From NCBI GenBank assembly GCA_964013675.1, contig CAXGXE010000003.1, positions 1-58,800 of the forward strand: DNA of 58,800 bases, in the 5' to 3' direction. This DNA is from an uncultured Verrucomicrobiales bacterium. Its GTDB lineage: Bacteria; Verrucomicrobiota; Verrucomicrobiia; Limisphaerales; UBA1100. The notes under the pieces are model-generated. The model saw only the letters and a program-made list of their open reading frames with translations. It had not been told where the DNA came from and made no database searches. A program made the translations under genes and the position numbers. Below, piece by piece: positions 48,399 to 57,337 of the stretch (the stretch's first letter is position 1; every line of letters begins with the position of its first letter).

Positions 48399-49301
48399 AT
48401 GAAAAAAACACAAAAAGGTTTCACACTAATTGAATTGCTCGTTGTGATTGCCATTATCGGCATTCTAGCCAGCATGTTGTTGCCTACCCTAGCTAAGGCT
48501 AAGAAAAAGGCAAACCGACTCAAATGCGCCAGTACATTGGGCAGTAATGCTAAGGGCCTCACGGGGGCAGCTGGTGACCATGAGGACGCGCTCCCATGGA
48601 TGATGACTGCTGAAGACGGCAATTCCGCCTACCGGGTCAGTAACGTTCACAATGCCAATGGCGGTCAGCATAATGCTGGCTGGTGGTGGGCTAAGGATGC
48701 TCAGCGTTGGACTGCTCTCCCAGCTGTTCAAGATAACTTGGATAGTGCTAAAAGCATGCTTTCAGCATCAGACCCCATCTGCAAACGTGAGAACGATAAG
48801 GAAGTGGGCCGAAATGGCTGGGGCTGGAGAAATAACGGGAAAGATTGTTATGTCCACCGACGGGCTCAGAGCTATGCCTATTGTGTAGGCGCTGATTTAC
48901 TTCTCGGGAGCACCATACTCGGTTTGACTCGTAACGTTGCAGGTGATGGCCAGCATCGTAATGGCAAAACAGCGTTTAATCGCGGTGATCAAAAAGTATT
49001 CATGGCTGCTGGTCAAAATTGGCAGCACCTAGGTTGGCGCCAACGTTTTGGCCTCGAGCTCAACCACGCCAGTTCCGGAGTGTGGGCGGATCCGACCGCT
49101 GCCGAAAACACATCTAACCCAGGCAAGTACTACGTCATGAGCGGCTTGGATGATGCTCAAGGCAACTTTGTACGGGCTGATGGCAGCACTGTGCAGGCCG
49201 ACAACGCATCATTAACCGAGGCGATCGCGACTCACATGCAACAAACCGGCGGCACACTGTCCGAGCAAACCTCGGGAACATTCCGTCCGACCTACCACTA
49301 A
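48399..49301 (+). CDS. Pilin-like array gene 3
   Basis: KG|FTLIELLVV; LPW, SASDP, QSY..GAD, GLDDAQGNFVRADGS. Confidence 0.92.
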   Translation: MKKTQKGFTLIELLVVIAIIGILASMLLPTLAKAKKKANRLKCASTLGSNAKGLTGAAGDHEDALPWMMTAEDGNSAYRVSNVHNANGGQHNAGWWWAKDAQRWTALPAVQDNLDSAKSMLSASDPICKRENDKEVGRNGWGWRNNGKDCYVHRRAQSYAYCVGADLLLGSTILGLTRNVAGDGQHRNGKTAFNRGDQKVFMAAGQNWQHLGWRQRFGLELNHASSGVWADPTAAENTSNPGKYYVMSGLDDAQGNFVRADGSTVQADNASLTEAIATHMQQTGGTLSEQTSGTFRPTYH

Positions 49302-49323
49302 TCTGAATTAACAGGTTTAATCA

Positions 49324-49350
49324 GACGCCCCTCAATGAGGGGCGTTTTTT
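49324..49350 (+). terminator. Intrinsic terminator (identical to 50500-50526)
   Basis: GACGCCCCTCAATGAGGGGCGTTTTTT. Confidence 0.85.
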
Positions 49351-49356
49351 TATTAT

Positions 49357-49491
49357 GTGTGAGAATCACGCAACTTAGCCAAATGGGATCACATAAAATT
49401 AGCAATTTCTGATGATTTGAGATTGGGAAACTGTTTTTCATGCAAAAATACCCTTTTTTTGCCTTTTCACATGTTTGGCATAATTGTTGCG
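49357..49491 (+). promoter_or_regulatory. Upstream palindrome + sigma-54 promoter of array gene 4
   Basis: GTGTGAGAATCACGC 49357-49371; TGGCATAATTGTTGCG 49476-49491. Confidence 0.8.
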
Positions 49492-49547
49492 AAAGCGTAA
49501 ATATCCGAGAGGATTAACTCTCGTAATCCAACCTAAAGATACAAAAC

Positions 49548-50474
49548 ATGAAAAAAACACAAAAAGGATTCACTCTAATTGAATTGCTGGTTGTGATTGC
49601 CATCATCGGCATTCTCGCTTCCATGCTTCTGCCTACTCTCGCTAAGGCCAAAAAGAAGGCCAACCGACTGAAGTGCTCGAATAATTTGGGCCAATTGGCC
49701 AAGGGCTTCACCGCTGCTGCAGGAGATCAAGGAGACTTTCTCCCTTGGATGATGACAGCAGAGGATGGAAATGCGGCTTATCGTGACCAAGTTCAAAAGT
49801 CCACCGGCGCTCAACGCAATTCGAGCTGGGCCTGGGCCAAAGATCAACAGCACTTATGGTTTCTCCCTTCGGTAATGGATAACTTGAACAGCTGCAAAAG
49901 TGTTCTCAGCCCAAGTGATCCGCAAATGAAGCGCGAGAATGATAAGGAATTTGCCTTGGTAGGCCCCAATGGTGCAGCCGGCTGGGGTGTTAAAGACAAT
50001 AAAGGCAAGAGTGACCATCACATGCACCGCCGTGCTCAAAGCTACGGTATCTCTATGGCCGCTGATACCTTGCTGCCCGCCACCATTCTGGGCGTGACAC
50101 GCAACATCGCTGGGGATCGTCAGGATCTGAACAAAAAACGCAGCTCAGTAGCTCGTGGCGATGGCATGGTACAGTTTGCTTCCAATCACGGTTATCACCA
50201 CACAGGATGGCGCAATCGTTTCATGATTGAAATGAATCACGCTAGCTCTGGCGTATGGGGTGATCCAGAGGCCGTTCGGGCTTTGTCCAAAAACGGCAAG
50301 CACTACACTGTTAGTGGTCTTGGTGCCGGCGAGGGCAACTACTCCCTCTCCGACGGCAGCGTGAAGCAAGCTTCTGACGCCGATTTGCAGGCACAAGTGG
50401 CCGCGCACATGGCTGAAACCGGCGGAACTCTCTCCGAGCAACATGCTGGTGCCACGATTCCGACTTATCACTAA
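49548..50474 (+). CDS. Pilin-like array gene 4
   Basis: KG|FTLIELLVV; [28 protein letters not shown]. Confidence 0.92.
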   Translation: MKKTQKGFTLIELLVVIAIIGILASMLLPTLAKAKKKANRLKCSNNLGQLAKGFTAAAGDQGDFLPWMMTAEDGNAAYRDQVQKSTGAQRNSSWAWAKDQQHLWFLPSVMDNLNSCKSVLSPSDPQMKRENDKEFALVGPNGAAGWGVKDNKGKSDHHMHRRAQSYGISMAADTLLPATILGVTRNIAGDRQDLNKKRSSVARGDGMVQFASNHGYHHTGWRNRFMIEMNHASSGVWGDPEAVRALSKNGKHYTVSGLGAGEGNYSLSDGSVKQASDADLQAQVAAHMAETGGTLSEQHAGATIPTYH

Positions 50475-50499
50475 TTCGGTAAATAATTAAAAAACACAA

Positions 50500-50526
50500 G
50501 ACGCCCCTCAATGAGGGGCGTTTTTT
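50500..50526 (+). terminator. Intrinsic terminator (identical to 49324-49350)
   Basis: GACGCCCCTCAATGAGGGGCGTTTTTT. Confidence 0.85.
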
Positions 50527-50538
50527 CTGCTTCTATAA

Positions 50539-50630
50539 GCGTGGAAATCACGCCCAATCTTGATCTGCTAAACAAGCTATATGTGTTTTTACTGAGTTTT
50601 TGAGGTTTATGAAGTGGCACGAAAAATGCA
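50539..50630 (+). promoter_or_regulatory. Upstream palindrome + sigma-54 promoter of array gene 5
   Basis: GCGTGGAAATCACGC 50539-50553; TGGCACGAAAAATGCA 50615-50630. Confidence 0.82.
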
Positions 50631-50686
50631 GGTACCAATCATCTGTGGCTAAATTGTCACAAAACCCGTTTAACCAACCAAAAACT

Positions 50687-51676
50687 ATGAAAAAAACACA
50701 AAAAGGATTCACGCTCATTGAGCTGTTGGTCGTGATTGCCATTATTGGCATTCTCGCCTCCATGCTGCTCCCCACCCTGGCCAAGGCTAAGAAGAAGGCC
50801 AACCGCCTGAAATGTTCGTCGCAAGTTGGCCAATTAGCCAAGGCTTTCACAGGATCAGCTAACGACCAAGACGGGGCTTTCCAGTGGGAGATGACCCAGG
50901 AAGATCTCGATTCGATAGGAGATGACGCTAATTCTGAATTGGGCATCGCCTCACAGCGGATGATTAATGCAGGTCACCCAGGGCCCAAGGCCTCCCACAC
51001 ATACAATTGGGGTGTTTTTAGGCACATTGAATACCTCTGGGTGAACCCCAATGTTCGGAACTCCTTGGATTCCTCAAAAGTACTGCATTCCCCCTCAGAT
51101 CCAAAAACTAAGAGGAATAACGACCGTGATTGGAAAAATGGAAAGTTAAGTAATGGTCGTTGGTGCGGTCAGAAAATGCGAACCCGTTACAAAGTTAACA
51201 CCAATGCACAGAGCTATTGTATCCATCCAGGAGGGGACAGTCAGGACGGCAATAAGATCCTTGTCACCACAAGTAACCTGATGGGAGACACGTCAATGGC
51301 TGGTTACAATGCGAACGCCTCCCACCTGATGATTCGAGACCGCCGGGAGAGCTTTGACCAAGGTATTTGGTTATCCGCTTCTCAGATTGGCCAGCAAAAT
51401 GCCGACGGTAATGATTATGTGAGTTTCGTGGGCCCAAGCACTACGGGGAAATGGGTGCGTACTAACCATAACCGGGTATTAAAGACTTTTGACGTTAATA
51501 AGCAACGTGCCTTTTCCGGTTTGGACGCCGGACAAGGTCAAGTGGCGAAGTCTGATGGATCAGTACAGATGACCGATAATGCTGGCCTTCAGCAAGCGGT
51601 CAAAGAGCACGCTGAGTCCACGGGTGGATATAATTCCAACCTGTCAGAGGTCCTGATGACTCCCTATTGCCACTAG
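50687..51676 (+). CDS. Pilin-like array gene 5
   Basis: KG|FTLIELLVV; SPSDP, QSYCIHPGGD, GLDAGQGQVAKSDGSV; ATG 50687. Confidence 0.92.
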   Translation: MKKTQKGFTLIELLVVIAIIGILASMLLPTLAKAKKKANRLKCSSQVGQLAKAFTGSANDQDGAFQWEMTQEDLDSIGDDANSELGIASQRMINAGHPGPKASHTYNWGVFRHIEYLWVNPNVRNSLDSSKVLHSPSDPKTKRNNDRDWKNGKLSNGRWCGQKMRTRYKVNTNAQSYCIHPGGDSQDGNKILVTTSNLMGDTSMAGYNANASHLMIRDRRESFDQGIWLSASQIGQQNADGNDYVSFVGPSTTGKWVRTNHNRVLKTFDVNKQRAFSGLDAGQGQVAKSDGSVQMTDNAGLQQAVKEHAESTGGYNSNLSEVLMTPYCH

Positions 51677-51692
51677 GATTATCTTAAAACAC

Positions 51693-51727
51693 AAAAAACC
51701 GGGCGGATAACTCCGCCCGGTTTTTTT
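51693..51727. terminator. Bidirectional terminator
   Basis: A6-CCGGGCGGA-TAAC-TCCGCCCGG-T7. Confidence 0.85.
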
Positions 51728-51738
51728 ATTGAGAAAGC

Positions 51739-51912
51739 CTACTCCGAACTTTCTTCATCGGCTCCTTCAATTTCCCCCTCCTCTTCTGGGCTTTGATCAG
51801 CTGGAGGGACATAGTCCGACCCGGTTTCGGGCTCAGAAGAGCAACCAGTATTTACTGTTAAACCTCCAAAACTCAGCATAACAGCGCAGGCTAATAATAA
51901 TGTTTTTTTCAT
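51739..51912 (-). CDS. Small acidic lipoprotein, 57 aa
   Basis: MKKTLLLACAVMLSFGGLTVNTG-C-SSEPETG...EEEGEIEGADEESSE. Confidence 0.8.
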   Translation of the reverse strand: MKKTLLLACAVMLSFGGLTVNTGCSSEPETGSDYVPPADQSPEEEGEIEGADEESSE

Positions 51913-52024
51913 TTTATAAACAATTTCGTAGAGCATTAGTAACTCTCGCTAGTGAATTAAAACAAAATGGTGTTAATCAATTAAAGCTTAAACCATAGGA
52001 TGTTGGAAAACTTTCTTCTCAAAG

Positions 52025-52137
52025 GCGTGAAAAACACGCGCAATTGCGTACATTATACTAGTGATGATTGAAATAAGGGCTAAATACGATAAAAAGTGCC
52101 CAAAAATTCCCCTAAACGGATTGGCACCCTGTATGCT
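52025..52137 (+). promoter_or_regulatory. Tandem upstream palindromes + sigma-54 promoter of array gene 6
   Basis: GCGTGAAAAACACGC 52025-52039; GCGTACATTATACTA 52046-52060; TGGCACCCTGTATGCT 52122-52137. Confidence 0.82.
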
Positions 52138-52227
52138 CTAGGTAGGTCAGACAGTTAACCGTGTTTCGAGGATCGAGCACCGATTGCCGCGAATCGAGCA
52201 CACAACCCAACATTGGAGAATCGAAGA

Positions 52228-52938
52228 ATGAAAAATAATAATAAGGGTTTCACCCTCATCGAGTTGCTCGTCGTGATTGCCATCATTGGTATCCTCGCCA
52301 GCATGTTGCTACCGGCTCTCGCCAAAGCTAAGGCTAAAGCGAACCGCATCAAGTGCGTGAACAATCTCGGCAGCATTGGCAAGGCCTCTCTCGGCTTCGC
52401 TCAGGACAACACCGAGCGGTTGCCTTGGCAGCTCACTCCGCTGCAACAAACCAATCACAAGTACGCCGCTGGTTCGATCGGTGCGGGTGCCGCCTCTGAG
52501 GTGGTGAACATCGCCGCCATGCGCAGCGAACTGCAAACTCCGAAGATCCTCGCTTCTCCTTGCGACCCGACTCGCGCGGCCGCTAACGAGACTCTGCAAG
52601 GTGTGTGGAAGACCGCCAGTTCCGCGCAAATCGCCGCGGGCCTCAGCTACGCTTTCGCAACCGGTGGTGACACCCAACGCCCCGCGACTGTGTTGGCTCT
52701 CACCTCCAACGTCAAAAGCGATCTGAACAGCAGCTGGTCCGGTGCGGACGAAACTCCGATTCCCGCCGAAGCCTTCGCTGGCTTGAACAAGAGCCAAGGC
52801 CAGTTGGTGAATGCTGACGGCAGCGCCAAGCAGTCCACCAACGCCGATCTCGGCGCCAACGGCAAGATCACCAAGGCTCACGTGAACAGCCGCGGTGGCC
52901 AGACCAAGGGCAACTCCGCGGTCACCGTTCTCAAGTAA
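52228..52938 (+). CDS. Pilin-like array gene 6 (short, 236 aa; candidate major subunit)
   Basis: KG|FTLIELLVV; [41 protein letters not shown]. Confidence 0.92.
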   Translation: MKNNNKGFTLIELLVVIAIIGILASMLLPALAKAKAKANRIKCVNNLGSIGKASLGFAQDNTERLPWQLTPLQQTNHKYAAGSIGAGAASEVVNIAAMRSELQTPKILASPCDPTRAAANETLQGVWKTASSAQIAAGLSYAFATGGDTQRPATVLALTSNVKSDLNSSWSGADETPIPAEAFAGLNKSQGQLVNADGSAKQSTNADLGANGKITKAHVNSRGGQTKGNSAVTVLK

Positions 52939-52960
52939 GCTGAGATCGATCACTAATCAC

Positions 52961-52988
52961 AAAGGCGCCCTTCGGGGCGCCTTTTTTT
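52961..52988 (+). terminator. Intrinsic terminator
   Basis: AAAGGCGCCC-TTCG-GGGCGCCTTT + T tract. Confidence 0.88.
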
Positions 52989-53097
52989 GTGGGCGTACTT
53001 GCCGGTGAACGCCGGTACAAAGAATGCTTGAGGAAGGTTTTGTATGGTGCTGCCGGCGCCTCGCCGGCAGCACGTAAGGGCGATGCCCTGTAGAGGG

Positions 53098-53694
53098 TTA
53101 GTCCTTGGACGGATTGGGTTTTAAGGCTAATCCCAGTATTGAGAGGCCAAAGGCCAGCAGGGTGATGGCGGGCAATCCTTTGGCCGCGGTCCAGTGAGCT
53201 CCATTTAACCAACCGGCGCCACCCATGAAGACCAGATGCAGGGCGGTGGCGATCAAGGTCCAGCGGGCGATGCCCGGGACGAGGCTGGTTTGTTGTTGGG
53301 ATTCGGTTTTCAACGTGGCAACCAGCAGCCAGAGAAGAAAGCCCACGCCCAGGACGCCGGCGGCCATGGAGAGTTCGGCTTGCCAAGTGAATTGGCCGGC
53401 CTCCGAATAGAATTTCCCGAAATAATTCGGCCCCATCAAGAGCAGGCTCATGAGCACATGCACGGTGGTACACCAAAGTCCGGCAAAGCCGTAACTTTGG
53501 CGGCGTTCGCGACCGGCGGCGAGGCGCGAGCCGACCAAACCTGCTAGGCCCACAACGGCGAAGACCTTGTTGGTGGTGTAGAGCGGGAGATGCTCCCACG
53601 GGACATTTTTGATGATGTGATAACGCAGGACGGCATAGGCCAGCGTGCCTAGGCCGACTGTCAACAGCAACCGCTGTTCGCGACGGAGGGTCAC
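53098..53694 (-). CDS. Multi-pass membrane protein (possibly ferric-reductase-like TM domain)
   Basis: 5-6 hydrophobic helices with intramembrane His (VHVLMS, LHLVFMG). Confidence 0.6.
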   Translation of the reverse strand: MTLRREQRLLLTVGLGTLAYAVLRYHIIKNVPWEHLPLYTTNKVFAVVGLAGLVGSRLAAGRERRQSYGFAGLWCTTVHVLMSLLLMGPNYFGKFYSEAGQFTWQAELSMAAGVLGVGFLLWLLVATLKTESQQQTSLVPGIARWTLIATALHLVFMGGAGWLNGAHWTAAKGLPAITLLAFGLSILGLALKPNPSKD

Positions 53695-54708
53695 TTAGGA
53701 TTCCTTTTGTTTGGCGGCGGCGCGTTGGGCGGAGTAGCGCTTGAGGAATTCATCAGCCATGACCCCTAGCAGGATTACGATGCCAAGGATGCCGAATTCA
53801 AGATGAGTGGAAATGCCGAGCATGTTGATGGAATTATAAATGAGCCGGATCACGGCGGCGGCAATGACGACCCCCAAGATGGAGCCAACGCCGCCGCGCA
53901 GGCTGCATCCGCCCAGTACGGCCGCGGCAATGGCGTAGAGTTCATAAAATTCACCGGTTTGGGCCGGCTGCACGGAATCCAGCTCGAAGGCGAAGAGAAT
54001 CCCGGCGATGCCCGCCATGAAGGAGCAAATCACATAGGCAATGATCTTCATGTTATCGGTGTTGATGCCGCTGTACCGGGCGCCGTCCTCGTTGTTGCCT
54101 AGGGCAAACAGGTAACGCCCCCAGATGGTACGGTTAAGGAACAAGGCAGCGGCGATACCGAGCGCGAGCAAAAATAGTGCGGGAGTGGGCAGGTTGAAGG
54201 AATCGGTGATGGCAATTTTGCCGCTAAATATTTGGTCGAGGGAGTTGATGGTATCGATGTTGGCGTATCCTTTATCGTCTTCCAGCGGGACGGGACCGAG
54301 GGATTGATTGTCGGTGAGCCACCGGCCAAGACTACGGTAAATGAGTAGTCCACACAGGGTTACGACAAAGGGTTGTATTTTGGCTTTAGTGATCAACAGG
54401 CCGTGTATGAGGCCAATGAGGAGTGACATGCACATCGTGGTGATGATGGCTTGCCCGGGGTCGATGCCTTTGACCTTGAGCTGGTAGGCAAGTACGACGG
54501 CGACTAGGCCCACGACTGACCCGATGGAAAGATCGATACCGCCGGTGATGATCACAAAGGCCACGCCGATACTCATCACGGCATAGAGGCTCGACCACTT
54601 GATGAGGTTCTGCATGTTGTAGGCGCTGATGAATTTGTCATTCAAAAGGGCCGTGATCGCGAAGATGGCGACGAGCAAACCGAATATGCCGAGGGTATTT
54701 TTGTTCAT
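53695..54708 (-). CDS. Monosaccharide ABC transporter permease (RbsC-like)
   Basis: GGIDLSIGS, ALGNNEDGARYSGI, YELYAIAAAVLGG. Confidence 0.92.
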   Translation of the reverse strand: MNKNTLGIFGLLVAIFAITALLNDKFISAYNMQNLIKWSSLYAVMSIGVAFVIITGGIDLSIGSVVGLVAVVLAYQLKVKGIDPGQAIITTMCMSLLIGLIHGLLITKAKIQPFVVTLCGLLIYRSLGRWLTDNQSLGPVPLEDDKGYANIDTINSLDQIFSGKIAITDSFNLPTPALFLLALGIAAALFLNRTIWGRYLFALGNNEDGARYSGINTDNMKIIAYVICSFMAGIAGILFAFELDSVQPAQTGEFYELYAIAAAVLGGCSLRGGVGSILGVVIAAAVIRLIYNSINMLGISTHLEFGILGIVILLGVMADEFLKRYSAQRAAAKQKES

Positions 54709-54728
54709 CAGTGTGTCCGGGTAAACGA

Positions 54729-56237
54729 TTAGGCGGCGAGTGGGGTTCCAGTGGCGAGTTGCATGATAGCTTGTTCAGAGAGTTCGTTGCGGGCCAGTTC
54801 GCCGGCGATGCGACCCTCATGCATCACGAGTGCGCGATCAGCCATGCCGAGCACTTCTTCCATTTCGCTGGAGACAAAGAGAATAGCCATGCCTTTTCCG
54901 GCGAGTTTTTCCATCAGCCGGTAAATCTCGCGCTTGGCACCAACATCAATGCCGCGGGTGGGTTCATCCAACATGAGCAGCTGCGGGGTAAGGGCGAGCC
55001 ACTTGCCGAGCACGATTTTTTGTTGGTTGCCGCCGGATAGAAAACGGGCTACTTGCTCGAGATGGGGGGTCTTGATCTGGAGCTGTTCGACGGCTTCCTC
55101 GGCGACGCTCTCTTCGGCGGAAAAGTTCAGGAGCCCCTTATTTTGATCGCGCTTTAGGCTGGCGAGGCTGGCGTTTTCGCGGACTGTCATGGGCAAAACC
55201 AACCCGTGTAGCTTGCGATCTTCGGGCGCAAGCGCCATGCCGGCGGCGATCGCATCACGGGGGCTTTGGGGGCGAATCAGTTCTCCATTCATTCGAATCG
55301 TGCCGCCGAGAGCGGGGGTGACGCCGAACAGTGTTTGGAGCAATTCCGTGCGGCCGGCTCCGACGAGACCGGCGATTCCGACAATTTCGCCAGCGTGTAT
55401 TTTGAGTGAAACTTCTGTATTCGGATGTTCCGGAGTGCGGATTTGTTCCACATCCAGAACCACTTTGCCGGGGCCATGGATTTGGCGGTCGTAGAATTCG
55501 GAAAGGTCACGGCCGACCATCAGTCGAACCATGGCGTCATGACTAATTTCATCCTTAGCCAAGTCTCCAGCGTTTTCGCCATCGCGAAACACAGTGACGC
55601 GATCGGCCAGCTCCTTCACTTCCCCCAGTCGGTGGGAGATGTAAATGATACTGATGCCTTGCCGTTGCAGGTCGTGTACCACTTCAAAAAGAGTTTCGGT
55701 TTCGGTTTGAGAAAGGCTGCTCGTGGGTTCATCCATGATCAACACACGGGCATTGCAGGAGAGAGCCTTGGCGATTTCCACCAACTGTTGTTTGCCGATG
55801 GGCAAATTTCCCACGAGGGTGTCGGTGGGGAGGTCGAGGCCAACACGCTTTAGGAACTTGGCGGCTTCGTCATGGATATTTCTGTTTTGAAAAAAACCAA
55901 ATTGGTTGGGTTCACGGCCCAGAAAAATGTTGGCAGCAAGATCCAGATTGGCGGCAAGGTTGAGTTCCTGATGGATTAAGGCCACGCCGGCAGCCATGGC
56001 ATCCCGGACGTTTTGAAAACGAACGGGTTCGCTTTCGATAAGGTATTCTCCGGAATCCGCCGGCTGCACGCCGGCGAGAATTTTCATGAGCGTGCTTTTG
56101 CCGGCGCCGTTTTCCCCAATCAGGGCGAGTACTTCGCCCTGATGTAATTCGAGCGTGACTTCATGCAGGGCACGAACGCCAGGGAACTGTTTGCACAGCC
56201 CGCGGACCTCCAGAAGCGGTGTGCGGGCTTCGGCCAT
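54729..56237 (-). CDS. Monosaccharide ABC transporter ATP-binding protein (RbsA-like)
   Basis: [34 protein letters not shown]. Confidence 0.95.
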   Translation of the reverse strand: MAEARTPLLEVRGLCKQFPGVRALHEVTLELHQGEVLALIGENGAGKSTLMKILAGVQPADSGEYLIESEPVRFQNVRDAMAAGVALIHQELNLAANLDLAANIFLGREPNQFGFFQNRNIHDEAAKFLKRVGLDLPTDTLVGNLPIGKQQLVEIAKALSCNARVLIMDEPTSSLSQTETETLFEVVHDLQRQGISIIYISHRLGEVKELADRVTVFRDGENAGDLAKDEISHDAMVRLMVGRDLSEFYDRQIHGPGKVVLDVEQIRTPEHPNTEVSLKIHAGEIVGIAGLVGAGRTELLQTLFGVTPALGGTIRMNGELIRPQSPRDAIAAGMALAPEDRKLHGLVLPMTVRENASLASLKRDQNKGLLNFSAEESVAEEAVEQLQIKTPHLEQVARFLSGGNQQKIVLGKWLALTPQLLMLDEPTRGIDVGAKREIYRLMEKLAGKGMAILFVSSEMEEVLGMADRALVMHEGRIAGELARNELSEQAIMQLATGTPLAA

Positions 56238-57281
56238 TTAATCCTGCTTGCCGAGTTCGGCCATTTCCTTCTTCTTCGCCCAGAACTCGTCAATGTTGTC
56301 CTTGGTGACGACGAGGAAGGGAACCTCATGGAACGAGGTCTCAGGCTGTTTGCCGCCGAGGATGTTCTTAAGCATTTTCACGGATTCATAGCCGTATTCC
56401 CAAGGTTGTTGGCTGATTGTGCCATGGGCGTTGCCATCCTTGATGGCTTGAAGCAGTGCGTCCTGCTCATCAAAACCGCAGACCTTGATTTCGCCAGCCT
56501 TGTTTGCTTCCTTAATGGCATCGATGCAGGCTGGGGGATTGTAGGCAAAAAGACCTACCATGCATTTCACATTTTCGTACTTCGTGATGGCGTCCTCGGC
56601 GTTGCTTTTGGCTTTGGCTTTATCAAAATTATCTGTGCGGGTATCAAGAATGGTATATTTTGAACCTTCAGCAGTGAGGTTTTTGGCGTCCACCGCGTCG
56701 AATTTGACCGAGCTGAGTTCCTGTTCGGGCTTTTCGAGAAGCTCATCAATCACGCCTTGGCGACGCTGGCGGGCATTGAGCTGCTCGAGGCGGCCCACGA
56801 AGATGATCACTTCGCCCCCTTCGGGCAGGGCTTCTTTCACCAGCTTGCCGAGAGCCCGCCCGGCTTTGTAATTGTTGGTACCAATGTACACGAGGCGTTT
56901 GCTCTTGGGGGCATCGGCATCCTGTGTGATGAGCTTGGAGTTTGCGGCGACTTCATTGAGGAAAGGCGTTTGGTTTTCGGCATCCACTGGGCTTACGGCA
57001 ATGCCCTCAATGCCCTTGGCAAGGAGACCTTCCATGATTCGTTTTTGATCCACCACACCCTTGGTGGGCATGTGCACCTCACAACCGATGCCGAATTCCT
57101 TCTCGGCAATGCGCACGCCGGCGGCACAAAGATCCCAGAATGGATCTACTCCATTGGTCACATAAGCAATGCGGGCTTCACTGCTGTCGTTATCACCTTC
57201 GGCGTCGGGTTTTTTGCTGCATCCTAACCAGCCGACAAGGCTTAGGGCGCACGTGATCACGATCAGGGAACGGGTCTTCAT
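56238..57281 (-). CDS. Sugar ABC transporter substrate-binding lipoprotein
   Basis: Lipobox WLGC; DPFW, YIGTNNY.AG, GFDE, QQPWEYGY. Confidence 0.92.
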   Translation of the reverse strand: MKTRSLIVITCALSLVGWLGCSKKPDAEGDNDSSEARIAYVTNGVDPFWDLCAAGVRIAEKEFGIGCEVHMPTKGVVDQKRIMEGLLAKGIEGIAVSPVDAENQTPFLNEVAANSKLITQDADAPKSKRLVYIGTNNYKAGRALGKLVKEALPEGGEVIIFVGRLEQLNARQRRQGVIDELLEKPEQELSSVKFDAVDAKNLTAEGSKYTILDTRTDNFDKAKAKSNAEDAITKYENVKCMVGLFAYNPPACIDAIKEANKAGEIKVCGFDEQDALLQAIKDGNAHGTISQQPWEYGYESVKMLKNILGGKQPETSFHEVPFLVVTKDNIDEFWAKKKEMAELGKQD

Positions 57282-57337
57282 GGCCGGAGTTTTTAGCCTC
57301 CAAAGGGTGTTCCGTAAAGGAAAATGGGGGCGTTGCT

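Noticed and set aside
44118-52938. Diversity-generating retroelement or invertase shufflon behind the pilin variation
   Set aside because: No reverse transcriptase or recombinase, no near-identical template/variable repeat pair; all copies are co-oriented and even the conserved 5' ends differ at many synonymous sites
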